A DNA stretch of 63,738 nt, filler included, from Pelomyxa schiedti (Eukaryota; Protista; Evosea): assembly GCA_020536535.1 (NCBI GenBank). It is 6 parts of 6 records of this genome, joined end to end, with 100 filler letters (N's around TTAATTAATTAA, not from the genome) between each part and the next. Parts side by side here need not be neighbours in the genome. Positions count along the whole stretch, not along the records: positions 1 to 17,406 come from JAHLWZ010001129.1; positions 17,507 to 33,649 come from JAHLWZ010000683.1; 4 more parts are not named here. One strand, 5' to 3'. The notes below the pieces were generated by a model. That model was given only the letters and a program-made list of their open reading frames with translations, did no database searches and was not told the origin of the DNA. A program made the position numbers and the translations under genes. Shown here piece by piece: positions 13,453-23,440 of the stretch. Numbering within the stretch: the stretch's first letter is position 1; every line of letters starts with the position of its first letter.

Positions 13453-14247
13453 ATGCTTCTTGGCGACGACGACAACGAGGAGGGGGCTTCTCAACACAAC
13501 GATGGCGCTCAAGATCTGCATGCGCAGCAAACGACAACTACAACCACGACGTCGGCGGCTGCTGCGTCGCCGAAACTCGCAACACCAACTTCCACGACTA
13601 CTACAACCACGTCGTCGGCGTCTGTCTCGGCGGTGACCATCAGCAACAATATCGAGAGCCCCAAGGAACTCGACGCTGGCAGTCTCAACAGTTCAGAACA
13701 AGGTAATTATGATCTACACTAACAGGCACACAGTAAATTGGTTTAGTTAATACGGACTCCCACGTCGCAGTTCCTGCTATCGCCGCTGGGACGGCATCCA
13801 CCACATCTGACGGATCAGCAATGTTGATTACGGTTACTATTAACTCTGAGGCCCGAGGTGCTATCGATTCTGACAATGATGGTGAACTTGGGAAGTGCGG
13901 TCGCACGCTGGCACATGTAATATGGGAATACGACAGCGTCCACAAGTACAGGGTCTGGCTTAAAATCAAAAGTCCCTACGTAGATTTTCATGGTGAGCAA
14001 ATGGCAACTAAGGCACACTTCTTTTTCTTTCTTACTAATGAACCCAAGAATGATAATACCACAATTCTTAATGTACACAGGTGACTTCAAACTTATACAC
14101 CAAAGCTGGAAAACCTGTCAAATTGCAGAAGACCCAGTTCCGCTTCAGCCGTTTTTCCTGGATCGGCGTTTTCCACGTCACGCACCTCACAACCCTACCA
14201 CATGTCATGACATTCCATGTCGAGCTGTGGAACGAGGAACAAGATGA
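13453..14247 (+). CDS. Hypothetical protein, 3 probable exons, Thr/Ser-rich N-terminus
   Basis: ATG 13453 'MLLGDDDNEEG..', GT-AG bounded ORF pieces 13453-13702, ~13771-13992 and ~14081-14247. No recognisable domain. Confidence 0.4.
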
Positions 14248-14659
14248 CTGAAACTGTTGTGTCTGGGAAAAAAAGCGGGCCCCTCACTCTTTTCAAAGAA
14301 TTTTTTTAGTCACCCCCTTTGTTTCCTTAACTGACACGGATGAGCACCAACACTAGGTTGGGTTAGTTGTTTGGGGCTGCGAGGGTACCCATTGGATATC
14401 AAGAACAGCTCAGTTTTCAAACACCAACAACACAGAAAACCAATCACCGGTGTGGCGTTTGGCTGGTTGTAGAGGGTTGTGTGTTGGGAAACGTGGCTCC
14501 GCTGGTGTAAGAGAGGCTTGTTGCTGTTGTGTGTTGTACCGTCGGTGCCAATCGATCCTCAAGCTCAATGTAACTCCACGAGTGGTCTGAAGGGGGGTGG
14601 GTAGGAGAACAGTCTGTGATGCTCTGACTCTGTGTGTGTTTTCAGGCGGCCCATATATG

Positions 14660-17400
14660 AATACTATTTAAAAAATGAGCACGGAGCTTCTCACCTTTTG
14701 GTGGTTTACATTCGGGGAACTTCTTGCTTTCTTTTTAGGTGAATATCTTCACACTTCACAGTGAATGCAGATTGTCCATCACTGGCTCATTGCAAAGACA
14801 GCAACTTTCCAACACCAAGGCACAACAGCAAGAATTATGCCGATAATACAAGCATACAACGAACTGTTGTGGAGGTTGAGAAGGCATACAATCCTCCAAG
14901 CCATGGTCACAGGGCTATTCAGCAGAGTCTTTCCAATCAAGATGTCAATGAATGTATGAAGTTGTGTCGGCAGTATTCTCTGGAAAATAGGAAAACTGTG
15001 AAGTGTAAAGATATTCACGAACAGAAAAACGCTTCAGTTTTCTTCGTATACCACTGAAGTGATTCTCCAATGCCAGAGTTGACAATGGCTTCAAATCATA
15101 TAGGACAATTGAGTACTTAGGCTCCAGAATTTTGGCAAGTCTTTCAAACCCATCAATTGTGATTCTTAATTGTTTCCACACAGCAGTTGTGCAGAATTTC
15201 TGCTGGGTTACTTTGAGGTTATCCTGGGAAACTTTGGTAATTGTCAACCCCTCAAAATAAAAATTTGCGGAATTCACAAATGCGCTCTTTTACAGGATCA
15301 TGAGTCCTCACAAAAAGGTTGTGCAGATTACTCATGTGACTGAAATACTCTATCACTAAGAAAGACTCAGAGGCACAGGCTTTTTCCTGAAAGAGGTATA
15401 AAATCTTGTATATCAGCTCAATCTCATGTGAGGCTTGGCGGTCACTAGGGAAAAGGATATCATAAGATGTACACTTTTCTGCTTCTTTGTTTGCTGCTAT
15501 AACAATATGCAAAGACTGCATTGTAAAAACCTCTCCCTTCTCTCCTTTTCTGATGAAGTAATTTAGCAAGTAATTCCGGAAGAGCTTCTCCATGTGAGAA
15601 ACATCATAGACGAATTCTAATGGTTGCTGCAATGCTTGCACCAGTGGGTCCATTAGATTGTCACAGGCTCCCTTATTCCACCCATCACTAGAGACCCACA
15701 GTGTTGGTATATCAGCCACTTTTAGTGCTTGCAATATCTGTAGTAAAACTTGCCTTATTTTTCTATTACTCATTCCACAAATAGGGATTTCGAAAATGCA
15801 TTCTTGTGCAGTGCCATTCCACGCAACCCAGGCAACCTACAGTATCTCTGAGGCAAGGCTAATCTCTGAACTGCTATCACTGTGTGGAGCCTCTGATGCA
15901 AAGGTATCTTCATTCACCGATTGAAAGTTGCTTATTTTTTCAATAGGGATACCTACCTGTGTAGACCCAATAAGCATCTGTAATGACGTATCCCTCCCTA
16001 GCCCTTTCCGCACTTCAACACCATCAAAGCTGATTCCACCGGGAAGAACTACACCCTTCACTTGTTTGAGGTGAGCTATCCTTTCCCATATTGCTGCATC
16101 ACTTGTACTGAAGTTCGGTGGTGTTATTCTTTTTTGTAGGCTACTGACTGAAGGTAGAGGAAGGCCCATTTTCTCTTTTGATGGTGGCAGGTGACCCCTA
16201 CTTCCTCCTGTTACATATCCGCGAATGAGTTCGTATCCAGTCTTTCCGCATATTGTATAAAGAACCTGACCCCAATTGATCATCTCTGCTGTATACCGGA
16301 TGTGTCTTCTGTCTTTCCGCTGCAGGTACTCAAGTAAAGACTTAACTAGTATCTCACAAAAGTTCAGGGACCCACGTTGGTACTCCAAATTCAGCACAGC
16401 AAGTAAGTCATGCACAAGACACTCTTTTGAAGTTCTATTTGCTAAGACTAGCTGGGTATGTTCAAGTTCCATTGTCAATGCATTACCTTTTTTTTTTGTA
16501 GTGGTTGCTTTTCCGATTCTAAAAGACTTGCCTTCGTTGCCAATCATGCCGTCAATAGCTTGTGTGTTCCTATCAGTACATGCCGTTTATTTTTACTTAC
16601 GTTAGTAATCATTGTGCCGGCCAACGTGAGTAAGATCTGTCTGTGCACTTATAAACTCGCCAATAGGGTTGGGGAACCACGATGTCAATGTGTCATCTAC
16701 AAGCACTGGATCAATATTTGGATACGTTTCGACGGTGGGTTGTACAACACCCACCCCCAGTATGGCATTCCCACTGCTGCACACCCTTCCTGTTATTATT
16801 TAGTTTTCTAAACTAAACTCTTGTAATTCTATTCAGGGTAGTGTCGGCACTCTCAGAAAGCCATTGTTGAATTTCATTTAATTTCTTTTGGTGCCTCTGC
16901 AGCGGCAATGTGGAGAATAAGTCATAACAGAAGAAAAAGGTACAAACAACTTGGGGAAGGTCTCAAGATCATTCCACACTGAAGTGTACAAGTCTGGTAC
17001 AGACCACGTTAATGTAAAAGCACTGGTATGAGCAGTAAAAGTGGAAGTAATAGGGATTCGTAGCCTTAAATGAGTCAATGAAGACTTAAAAGTATACAGA
17101 AATTAAACAATTGTAATTCTATTCAGGGCAGAGTATTATGAAGCAGCGGTTGAATGATGAACAACTTGTTTAGAATCACAAGATTGGTTGGTTGGGAATA
17201 TCCATTCCCCACTTTAGGCAAAATTGGGCTACGGACTCCACAGTGGACGCTGGGGGCAAACATTTTTTGGCGGTTGTCCTCCGGAGACTTCCCAGAAAAA
17301 CTTACAAAACGGGAAGGTCGGTGTGTGTTTTTTTTTCTTCTTTGCCGGATAGGTACCTCTTTCACCACCTTCCTGCGGGTAGTGACGTGGGCCGTTGTGG
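14660..17400 (-). mobile_element. Decayed P-element/THAP9-superfamily DNA transposon (transposase pseudogene)
   Basis: Motifs in order: 'RYTAEMINWG..LY..GKTGYELIR', 'LPLPSVSSL', 'ISFDGVEVRKGL', 'VSSDG', 'FVYDVSHMEKLFRNYLL', 'FPSDRQ', 'STLALENHFSGIRRK' (D..D..E triad and D(2)H motif). In-frame TAG at 15837, frameshift near 15260, further stops downstream. Termini not identified, so boundaries are approximate. Confidence 0.8.
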
Positions 17401-17406
17401 CGACAA

Positions 17407-17506
17407 NNNNNNNNNNNNNNNNNNNNNNNNNNNNNNNNNNNNNNNNNNNNTTAATTAATTAANNNNNNNNNNNNNNNNNNNNNNNNNNNNNNNNNNNNNN
17501 NNNNNN
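17407..17506. other. Artificial scaffold linker N44-TTAATTAATTAA-N44 (also 33650-33749, 55449-55548, 56989-57088, 61515-61614)
   Basis: Identical 100-nt spacer with a six-frame stop core occurs five times, and genes are truncated at it. Confidence 0.97.
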
Positions 17507-17571
17507 TTTTGTTTTGTTTTGTTAAGGGATATCCTTCCAGTACAAAGCCAGAAAAAGAAAAAAAAAGCAAT

Positions 17572-17627
17572 AACAAACAAACAAACAAACAAACAAACAA
17601 ACAAACAAACAAACAAACAAACAAACA
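17572..17627. repeat. (AAAC)n microsatellite, about 14 units, intronic
   Basis: Direct observation. Confidence 0.95.
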
Positions 17628-17654
17628 GGGAGGAAGGAGGGGCAGAGCCGGGGA

Positions 17655-17839
17655 CACACGTCGATATCCCAGCGCGATAACGTCAACAGGCGGTGGGCCT
17701 TGCGCGTGTCGTCCATGGACGTGATGGACTGGAACCGGGCTATCATCGTCATGCGGGCCTCGTCCAACGCCCCCTCCCCCTGCCCCCCATCATCATCGTC
17801 CCCCTGTCGCCCTGTGCTATCCCCCCGCTGTGATGACAT
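17655..17839 (-). CDS. First exon of a protein with N-terminal UBA-like domain (truncated by scaffold start)
   Basis: 'MIARFQSITSMDDTRKAHRLLTLSRWDID' fits the UBA-like pattern (I..F..IT.....A..LL....WD++) of FAF1/p47/TDP2/DCN1-type proteins. Confidence 0.65.
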
Positions 17840-17967
17840 TACTCCTCACTTTTATCGATCACACAGTAGATCCTCTCACACAAATCACAACACAACGAAG
17901 GGCAATGGGTGGCGGTACCCAACACATGGGAACAATTGAGCAATTGGCCCTTTGTAGGTGTTGTTTG

Positions 17968-19224
17968 TTAGCCCAAAAACGAGCTTCTAGGGTCCAATGT
18001 TACAAATTTGGAAGGAGGGAACGAGAGATTAAGGATTGCAATGGCTGTGCCAGACAATGCCTCAATCAGTGCGATCTTCCCATTTCCCTTACCTTTTTCT
18101 ACTTGCAGAGTAAACAGGAACCCTCTGCCAGCAGTGACCTGGAGAAACCTGGGCGACTCGGCAGTGCACAGCACCGTTCTCAGAGGTGCCCCGGGGTTGT
18201 TGCAATCCCACAGAGAGTACGCCCTAGTTATGAGGCTCCAAACGCAGAACAACGAGGAGCTTACTTGCCCCAGCTCCGTGCATTCCCAAGTGATATCGTG
18301 GACCCTTCCTGAGGTGGATTCCACCAGAGTGACTAGACCACCCGCCTCAACAACAAAAGACACATCCCCGCACCTCCCCCTCATCGCCAGTGCCTTGATT
18401 CCAGTCCCGTACCTCCAAGCGGTTTCGGTCCTTACCACAGTCGCCAGTATCTTGGAACGGTATGTGCTTCTCACATCAAACAGAGTGATTGCAATGCCGC
18501 CCAAACCAGAGGTCAGCACCATTGCCTCGTCTGGCACCATCCTGTTGAAGCACAAGTCGCTCCAACCAAGCAGGCCAGAGTTGTCATAACTTCCAGGAAT
18601 TGGTATCACGACCTGGTCGGAAAACGCGCCGCGCGTCGTTGTGCCCTCCCCTATCTCCCAAATCGACAGGGTGGTGTCTCCCCGAGAGTCCCTGTTGCAC
18701 ACCGCGAGCCAGCTCTCATTGAAGTAAGCCAAGGTGTGTCCCTTCCACGGCCCAGTCGGCGCGATACACCGGCCGAGGGGAGTGTCCTGCCAATCAACGT
18801 ACATCATGACCGTGTACTTGGGCTTGTAGATCTCGCTCAATCCGGCCCTGTGTGACACCATTCGCCGGAGCGGGTCCATAAGCCCGCAGCGGAGCTCGTG
18901 CGTGACGCTCAGGAGCAGCGGGGACACCCCCACAACGAGGAGGTAGCTGCAGGGCGCGACGTCGAAGACGAGGGCGAAGCGGGAGGCCGTGGCGAGGACG
19001 AGGTCGCGCCACAGGGACCCGCCGACGAGGGAGGGGACGGCGCACAGTGGGCGGGCTGGGCTGAGTGCCCCGCAGCGCGGGTGCGACGAGGCGGCCAGGG
19101 CCATGAACTGGGAGTGCGCGGTGGGGGCCGCCACCTCGACACGGGACCACAATGGGTCTCGTTTGTGGCTGGGCGAAGGATCAGCGGCAACGAGCCGTTG
19201 TTGCTGTGTGGTTGTGTCCGTCAT
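17968..19224 (-). CDS. Intronless 'HPRCG..SP-box' family protein (copy 2)
   Basis: ATG 19224. 'AHSQFMALAASSHPRCGALSPARPLCAVPSLVGGSLWRDLVL' ... 'GVSPLLLSVT' ... 'PDEA' ... 'QVSSSLFCVW..YSLWDCNN..PLR' ... 'EALSG'. Confidence 0.8.
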   Translation of the reverse strand: MTDTTTQQQRLVAADPSPSHKRDPLWSRVEVAAPTAHSQFMALAASSHPRCGALSPARPLCAVPSLVGGSLWRDLVLATASRFALVFDVAPCSYLLVVGVSPLLLSVTHELRCGLMDPLRRMVSHRAGLSEIYKPKYTVMMYVDWQDTPLGRCIAPTGPWKGHTLAYFNESWLAVCNRDSRGDTTLSIWEIGEGTTTRGAFSDQVVIPIPGSYDNSGLLGWSDLCFNRMVPDEAMVLTSGLGGIAITLFDVRSTYRSKILATVVRTETAWRYGTGIKALAMRGRCGDVSFVVEAGGLVTLVESTSGRVHDITWECTELGQVSSSLFCVWSLITRAYSLWDCNNPGAPLRTVLCTAESPRFLQVTAGRGFLFTLQVEKGKGNGKIALIEALSGTAIAILNLSFPPSKFVTLDPRSSFLG

Positions 19225-19366
19225 TTCTGTGAAGGGTGCGGAGGGATAAAAAAAAGATGCTACGGAAGAAAAAGGACTGAAGCGTCGAAGACGGCGATTT
19301 AGTGATGTGGGTTGGCAACAAGCGAACTGAGTCGAGTCCTTTTTGTTGTAATCTGTGTGTGTTTTT

Positions 19367-20250
19367 TTAGCCAATGAAAGAGCAGGACACATTGACCTCA
19401 AGAGCCCACTGTGAGATTGAAGGAGGGAATGAGACACGAAGAGTTGGTGTGCCAGATAATGCTTCAATCACTGTTAGAGTCCATGTCTTCTTTCGTCCAG
19501 ACTCCTTCTCCCTCTCCTGATGCAACTCGATCAGGAACCTCCTTGCTGCTGTGACCTGTAAAAAATTGGATGAATTCTCAGGGCTCCTCACAGTTCTCAG
19601 AGGTGCCTCTGTGTTGTTGCAATCCCACAGTGAATATGACTTGGATGTATAAACCACAACACGCAGAACACAGAGGAACTGATTTGACCCAGATATGTAG
19701 ACTCACCAGGGATCCTGTGGGCACTTCCAGTGGTAGCTTCCACCTGAAACACCCTGGAGGATTCGAAAAACGAAAGCCACTGAACCACATCTCCTCCTCA
19801 TCACCAATGCCTTGATTCCAAAATTCCCAAACCTACTCTCTGTTTGCACCTTCAACACAGTGACGAGGCTCTTGGATCACTGGTATAAACCACCAGTGAT
19901 CACCACTGCCTCGTCCGGATCCATCTTGTTGAAGCAGAAAGCATCAGAATCAGGGGCATCACTGCTAGCAATTGGCATGACAACCGGTCCCATTTCGACA
20001 CTCGGAAATGACTCTGAAGTTGTTGTTGTTTTCGACAAGCTCTCTCCTCCAATTTTCCATGGATTCCCCCTCAGGTTGCTTGTTATGCAACACGATCCAG
20101 TTCCCATTGAAGCACATACACATCCCCCCAATGGGGATCGTGTGTGGCACCCTCTGGTAAGGATTCCTGCCAATCGCCAAACATCAAGAAGGAAAACGGC
20201 GCAAAGCACCGGGAGATCCCAGTCCTGTGCGACACCATCACCCGGCTTGG
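19367..20250 (-). pseudogene. Frameshifted, 5'-truncated paralog of 21895-23151 (family copy 3)
   Basis: High nucleotide similarity to 21895-22820, with deletions splitting it across ORFs 19877-20209, 19597-19788 and 19367-19657. The N-terminal box is absent. Confidence 0.85.
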
Positions 20251-20520
20251 ACTCACACAGTATTCAGACACCAATGGACCTCCTCCGTTGCTGTCGTTCT
20301 CAACTGAAACGAGCCGTTGTTGCAGCATCTGCAAAATCTGATAATCAGAAGTGAAAGAGGGGGAGGTTGTACAGGATGTGTGCCGGGTCACAATGAGGCC
20401 AAGAAGTTTGCAGTGATGGTGAAAAGACAGGATGCATGCCACGGTGTATTTCTTGTCACTCGGGAAGCCACACCTCCGTTTCAATCAAAAACTTCACTTT
20501 TCTACGAACACCAATTGAAA

Positions 20521-21729
20521 ATGCACAAGGCACACAGCGGGGCCGTACAGGATTCGCAGTGGGCACTAGACCAAGTGTTGGCGCTGGTGACGGCGTCTCA
20601 CCCTCGTTGTGGCGCCCGCAGCCCCGCTCGCCACTTTGTGTCCCTGTCGCCGCTCGCCACCGCACCATTGTGGGACTGGTGCCTCCGCGATTCCGAGGTT
20701 GTTTTTGGTCTGGCGGCGTGGCACCAAAACCCCCTAATCGGGCCATTGTCGAGTTTCGTCACATTTGGGGTTTCGGCTGCGCTGATGGGAATCACCAGGG
20801 ACGTGAAGTTGCACGGCACCTGGAGCTTGTGGGACGCACAGGTGTTCCAGGCTGTTGTTGACCCACACCGCTTTGTTTATGTTTCGGAGGTAGACGGCCT
20901 CAGGTTCAGATTCTCGTTGATGAGCTTGCCTACTGGTGAAAGTCAATCCATGTTCACTGCACTTGATGGGGTGCTCTGTCATCAATCAAGTAGGAGGTGG
21001 TGGATACACTGCGGGTCAAGGGAAAGGCTGACAATTGTCAACTTGGAACAGCTTCCAAACCAACAGCACCAGTTCGACCCCGTCACAGTGGATATTCCTC
21101 AGTGTTACAAAGAACAAGCAGCCGACGGTGCGTTATCCTCTTCTGTCATGGGAATTATCTTCAGTTCTAAATTCCCTGATGAGGCACTGATTACTTTGGC
21201 TGCTGGGCTTCCAGTAACATCCACGTTCTTTCTCTTGATTGATGTCAACAGAACATACATATCAGGCAGAATAGCTCTGCTGAGCATGACCAAATGTGAT
21301 CTTGGACGAGGAGGCTTGGTATTACCACTCCTTGTGATGCACAAGGCCAATGGAAAGCACACTTTCATCTGCCACCAGGTGCAAAAACGAACCTATGGCC
21401 CTGCCATCGAACTTACAGAAGTTACAGGCACTACAAAGCAACTTGCCAGCCACGTGCGCGAAGTATCACAGCTGGGAACATTCTTGTTTTGCATTGCAAA
21501 GACTGATTCCACAGTTGAAGTCTGGGACTGCAGAAGTGCGGAGGGGTCTACACTGGTCAGGATCCTGGAGGCGAGGCCAAATGCCTCCCCTCTCGTTACT
21601 GCGCACTCAGGATTCTTGTTCCACAGACACAGGAGTCAACTTGTGGATTTGACTGACCCATTTGGCCGTTTCATTTGTACCATCACTTTACCCATAACAC
21701 CCAAATCTGTGGTCGTCACCTCATTCTGA
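20521..21729 (+). CDS. Intronless 'HPRCG..SP-box' family protein (copy 4)
   Basis: 'ALDQVLALVTASHPRCGARSPARHFVSLSPLATAPLWDWCLRDSEVVF' ... 'TFGVSAALMGITR' ... 'PDEA' ... 'SQLGTFLFCI..VWDC' ... 'SGFLFH'. Confidence 0.8.
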   Translation: MHKAHSGAVQDSQWALDQVLALVTASHPRCGARSPARHFVSLSPLATAPLWDWCLRDSEVVFGLAAWHQNPLIGPLSSFVTFGVSAALMGITRDVKLHGTWSLWDAQVFQAVVDPHRFVYVSEVDGLRFRFSLMSLPTGESQSMFTALDGVLCHQSSRRWWIHCGSRERLTIVNLEQLPNQQHQFDPVTVDIPQCYKEQAADGALSSSVMGIIFSSKFPDEALITLAAGLPVTSTFFLLIDVNRTYISGRIALLSMTKCDLGRGGLVLPLLVMHKANGKHTFICHQVQKRTYGPAIELTEVTGTTKQLASHVREVSQLGTFLFCIAKTDSTVEVWDCRSAEGSTLVRILEARPNASPLVTAHSGFLFHRHRSQLVDLTDPFGRFICTITLPITPKSVVVTSF

Positions 21730-21812
21730 ATGGAAGGGTTTTTCCTATTATTTTTTCTTTCTTATTTTTGTTTTTACCCTGTTTTTGAACTCCACCCCGC
21801 TGTAAAAAAGGA

Positions 21813-21878
21813 CCGGAACACTGTAGTTTTCGTGTCATCGCCCAGTCTCGGCGGTCTGGTGTTTTTTTTCTTCAGCCA
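21813..21878. repeat. Partial (one-arm) copy of the MITE-like element at 57307-57451
   Basis: 'ccggaacactgtagttttcgtgtcatcgcccagtctcggcggtctggtgttttttttcttcagcca' aligns with 57387-57451. Confidence 0.75.
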
Positions 21879-21894
21879 ATAATATAATGTATTT

Positions 21895-23151
21895 TTATTC
21901 TGTGAATGAGCAGGACTCGTTAATCTCAAGGTTGCACTGTGAGATTGAAGGAGGGAATGAGACATGAAAAGTTTCTGTACCAGACAGTGCTTCAATCACT
22001 GTTAGAGTCCATGTCTTCTTTGTTCCATACTCCTTCTCCCTCTCCTGATGCACTGTGATGAAGAACCCCCTTCCGACTGTGACCTTGAAAAAAGTTGAGG
22101 AATCCTCAAAAATCCTCAGAGGTGCCTCTGTGTTGTTGCAATCCCACAGTGAATACGACCTGGAATTGAAGAACCACATGCAGAATACAGAGGAACTGAT
22201 TTGACCCAGATATGTGCACCCACTACAGATCCTAGTGGCACTTCCCGTTTGGGATTCCACTTGAAAAACACCCTGGATGAGCTGAACAACGAAAACCACT
22301 GAACCACACATCCTTCTCATCACCAATGACTTGATTCCAAAAGTCCCAAACCTCCCCTCTGTTTCCATCTTCAACACAGTGACGAGGCTCTTGGATTCGT
22401 GTGTATTTCGCATATCGATCAAAGTGAACGAAGTGCGGTCAGTTCTGGTATCACCAGTAATCACCACTGCCTCGTCTGGATCCATCTTGTTGAAGCAGAA
22501 AGCATCAGAATAAGGCTTACCACCCCAAGAAATTGGCATGACAAATGGCTCCATTTCAACACTTGGAAATCCCTCTGAACTTGTTGTTGTCAACAAGCTC
22601 TCTCCTCCAATTTTCCAAATTGACAGAGTGGACTCTCCCTCAGATTGCTTGTTGTGCAACACGATCCAGTTCCCATTGAAGTACATACACATTCCCCCAG
22701 TGGGGATCGTGTGTGGCACCCTCTGGTAAGGAGATTCCTGCCAATCGCCAAACATCAAGAAGGAACACGGCGCGAAGCACCGGGAGATCCCAGTCCTGTG
22801 CGACACCATCTGCCGGCTTGGCCTCAGCGGCCCCCATCGAGCGTCGTGCGTGACGCTCAGGAGCAGCGGGGACACCCCCACAACGAGGAGGTAGTGGTCG
22901 GTACCCACGGCCACCACGAGGGCGAATCGAGTGGCCGTCGCGAGCACGAAGTCGCGCCACAGGGACCCGCCGACGAGGGAGGGGACGGCGCACAGTGGGC
23001 GGGCTGGGCTGAGTGCCCCGCAGCGCGGGTGCGACGAGGCGGCCAGGGCCATGAACTGGGAGTGTGCAGTGGTGGCGAACACACAAGATTCTGGACCAAT
23101 GGTGTCATCATTACCGACAGGGACAAGCCGGCTTGTTTCTTGTTGTTGCAT
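21895..23151 (-). CDS. Intronless 'HPRCG..SP-box' family protein (copy 5)
   Basis: Same N-terminal box as copy 2, then 'CFNKMDPDEAVVI', 'QISSSVFCMW..YSLWDCNNTEAPLR', 'EALSG'. Confidence 0.8.
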   Translation of the reverse strand: MQQQETSRLVPVGNDDTIGPESCVFATTAHSQFMALAASSHPRCGALSPARPLCAVPSLVGGSLWRDFVLATATRFALVVAVGTDHYLLVVGVSPLLLSVTHDARWGPLRPSRQMVSHRTGISRCFAPCSFLMFGDWQESPYQRVPHTIPTGGMCMYFNGNWIVLHNKQSEGESTLSIWKIGGESLLTTTSSEGFPSVEMEPFVMPISWGGKPYSDAFCFNKMDPDEAVVITGDTRTDRTSFTLIDMRNTHESKSLVTVLKMETEGRFGTFGIKSLVMRRMCGSVVFVVQLIQGVFQVESQTGSATRICSGCTYLGQISSSVFCMWFFNSRSYSLWDCNNTEAPLRIFEDSSTFFKVTVGRGFFITVHQEREKEYGTKKTWTLTVIEALSGTETFHVSFPPSISQCNLEINESCSFTE

Positions 23152-23440
23152 CACCGATGCGATGTTTCTGGGAAACCCTTATAAGGGCGGTTTCACATAA
23201 AACATCCATTCAATTGGTTTGATGTCTCGAGTAGTGCCGCGGTGCACGCGGTCGACAACGAAAAACCAAGCGGCTGCGGCGGCCGCTGCTGCCACTCGCG
23301 TAGATCTTATATCTTTGTTTTTATGATTTTGAAAATTTTTTTTTCTCAAATTTTATGTTTGCAAACACACACAACAACAGAGGCAACCCAGTACACCATT
23401 GAGGTTGTTGTTGTTGTCACCAGCTGGTGTGGGTACTCCT

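Noticed and set aside
15837-15839. Stop-codon readthrough or alternative genetic code in the transposase
   Set aside because: Additional frameshifts show decay, and host genes use TAA, TAG and TGA as normal stops.
17407-17506. Recurrent TTAATTAATTAA palindrome flanked by Ns
   Set aside because: Artificial six-frame-stop contig linker. Gene adjacency across it has no biological meaning.
17968-19467. 499-aa ORF as called (also the 20317 start)
   Set aside because: The upstream extensions run through non-coding or pseudogene sequence. Family alignment supports ATG 19224 and ATG 20521.
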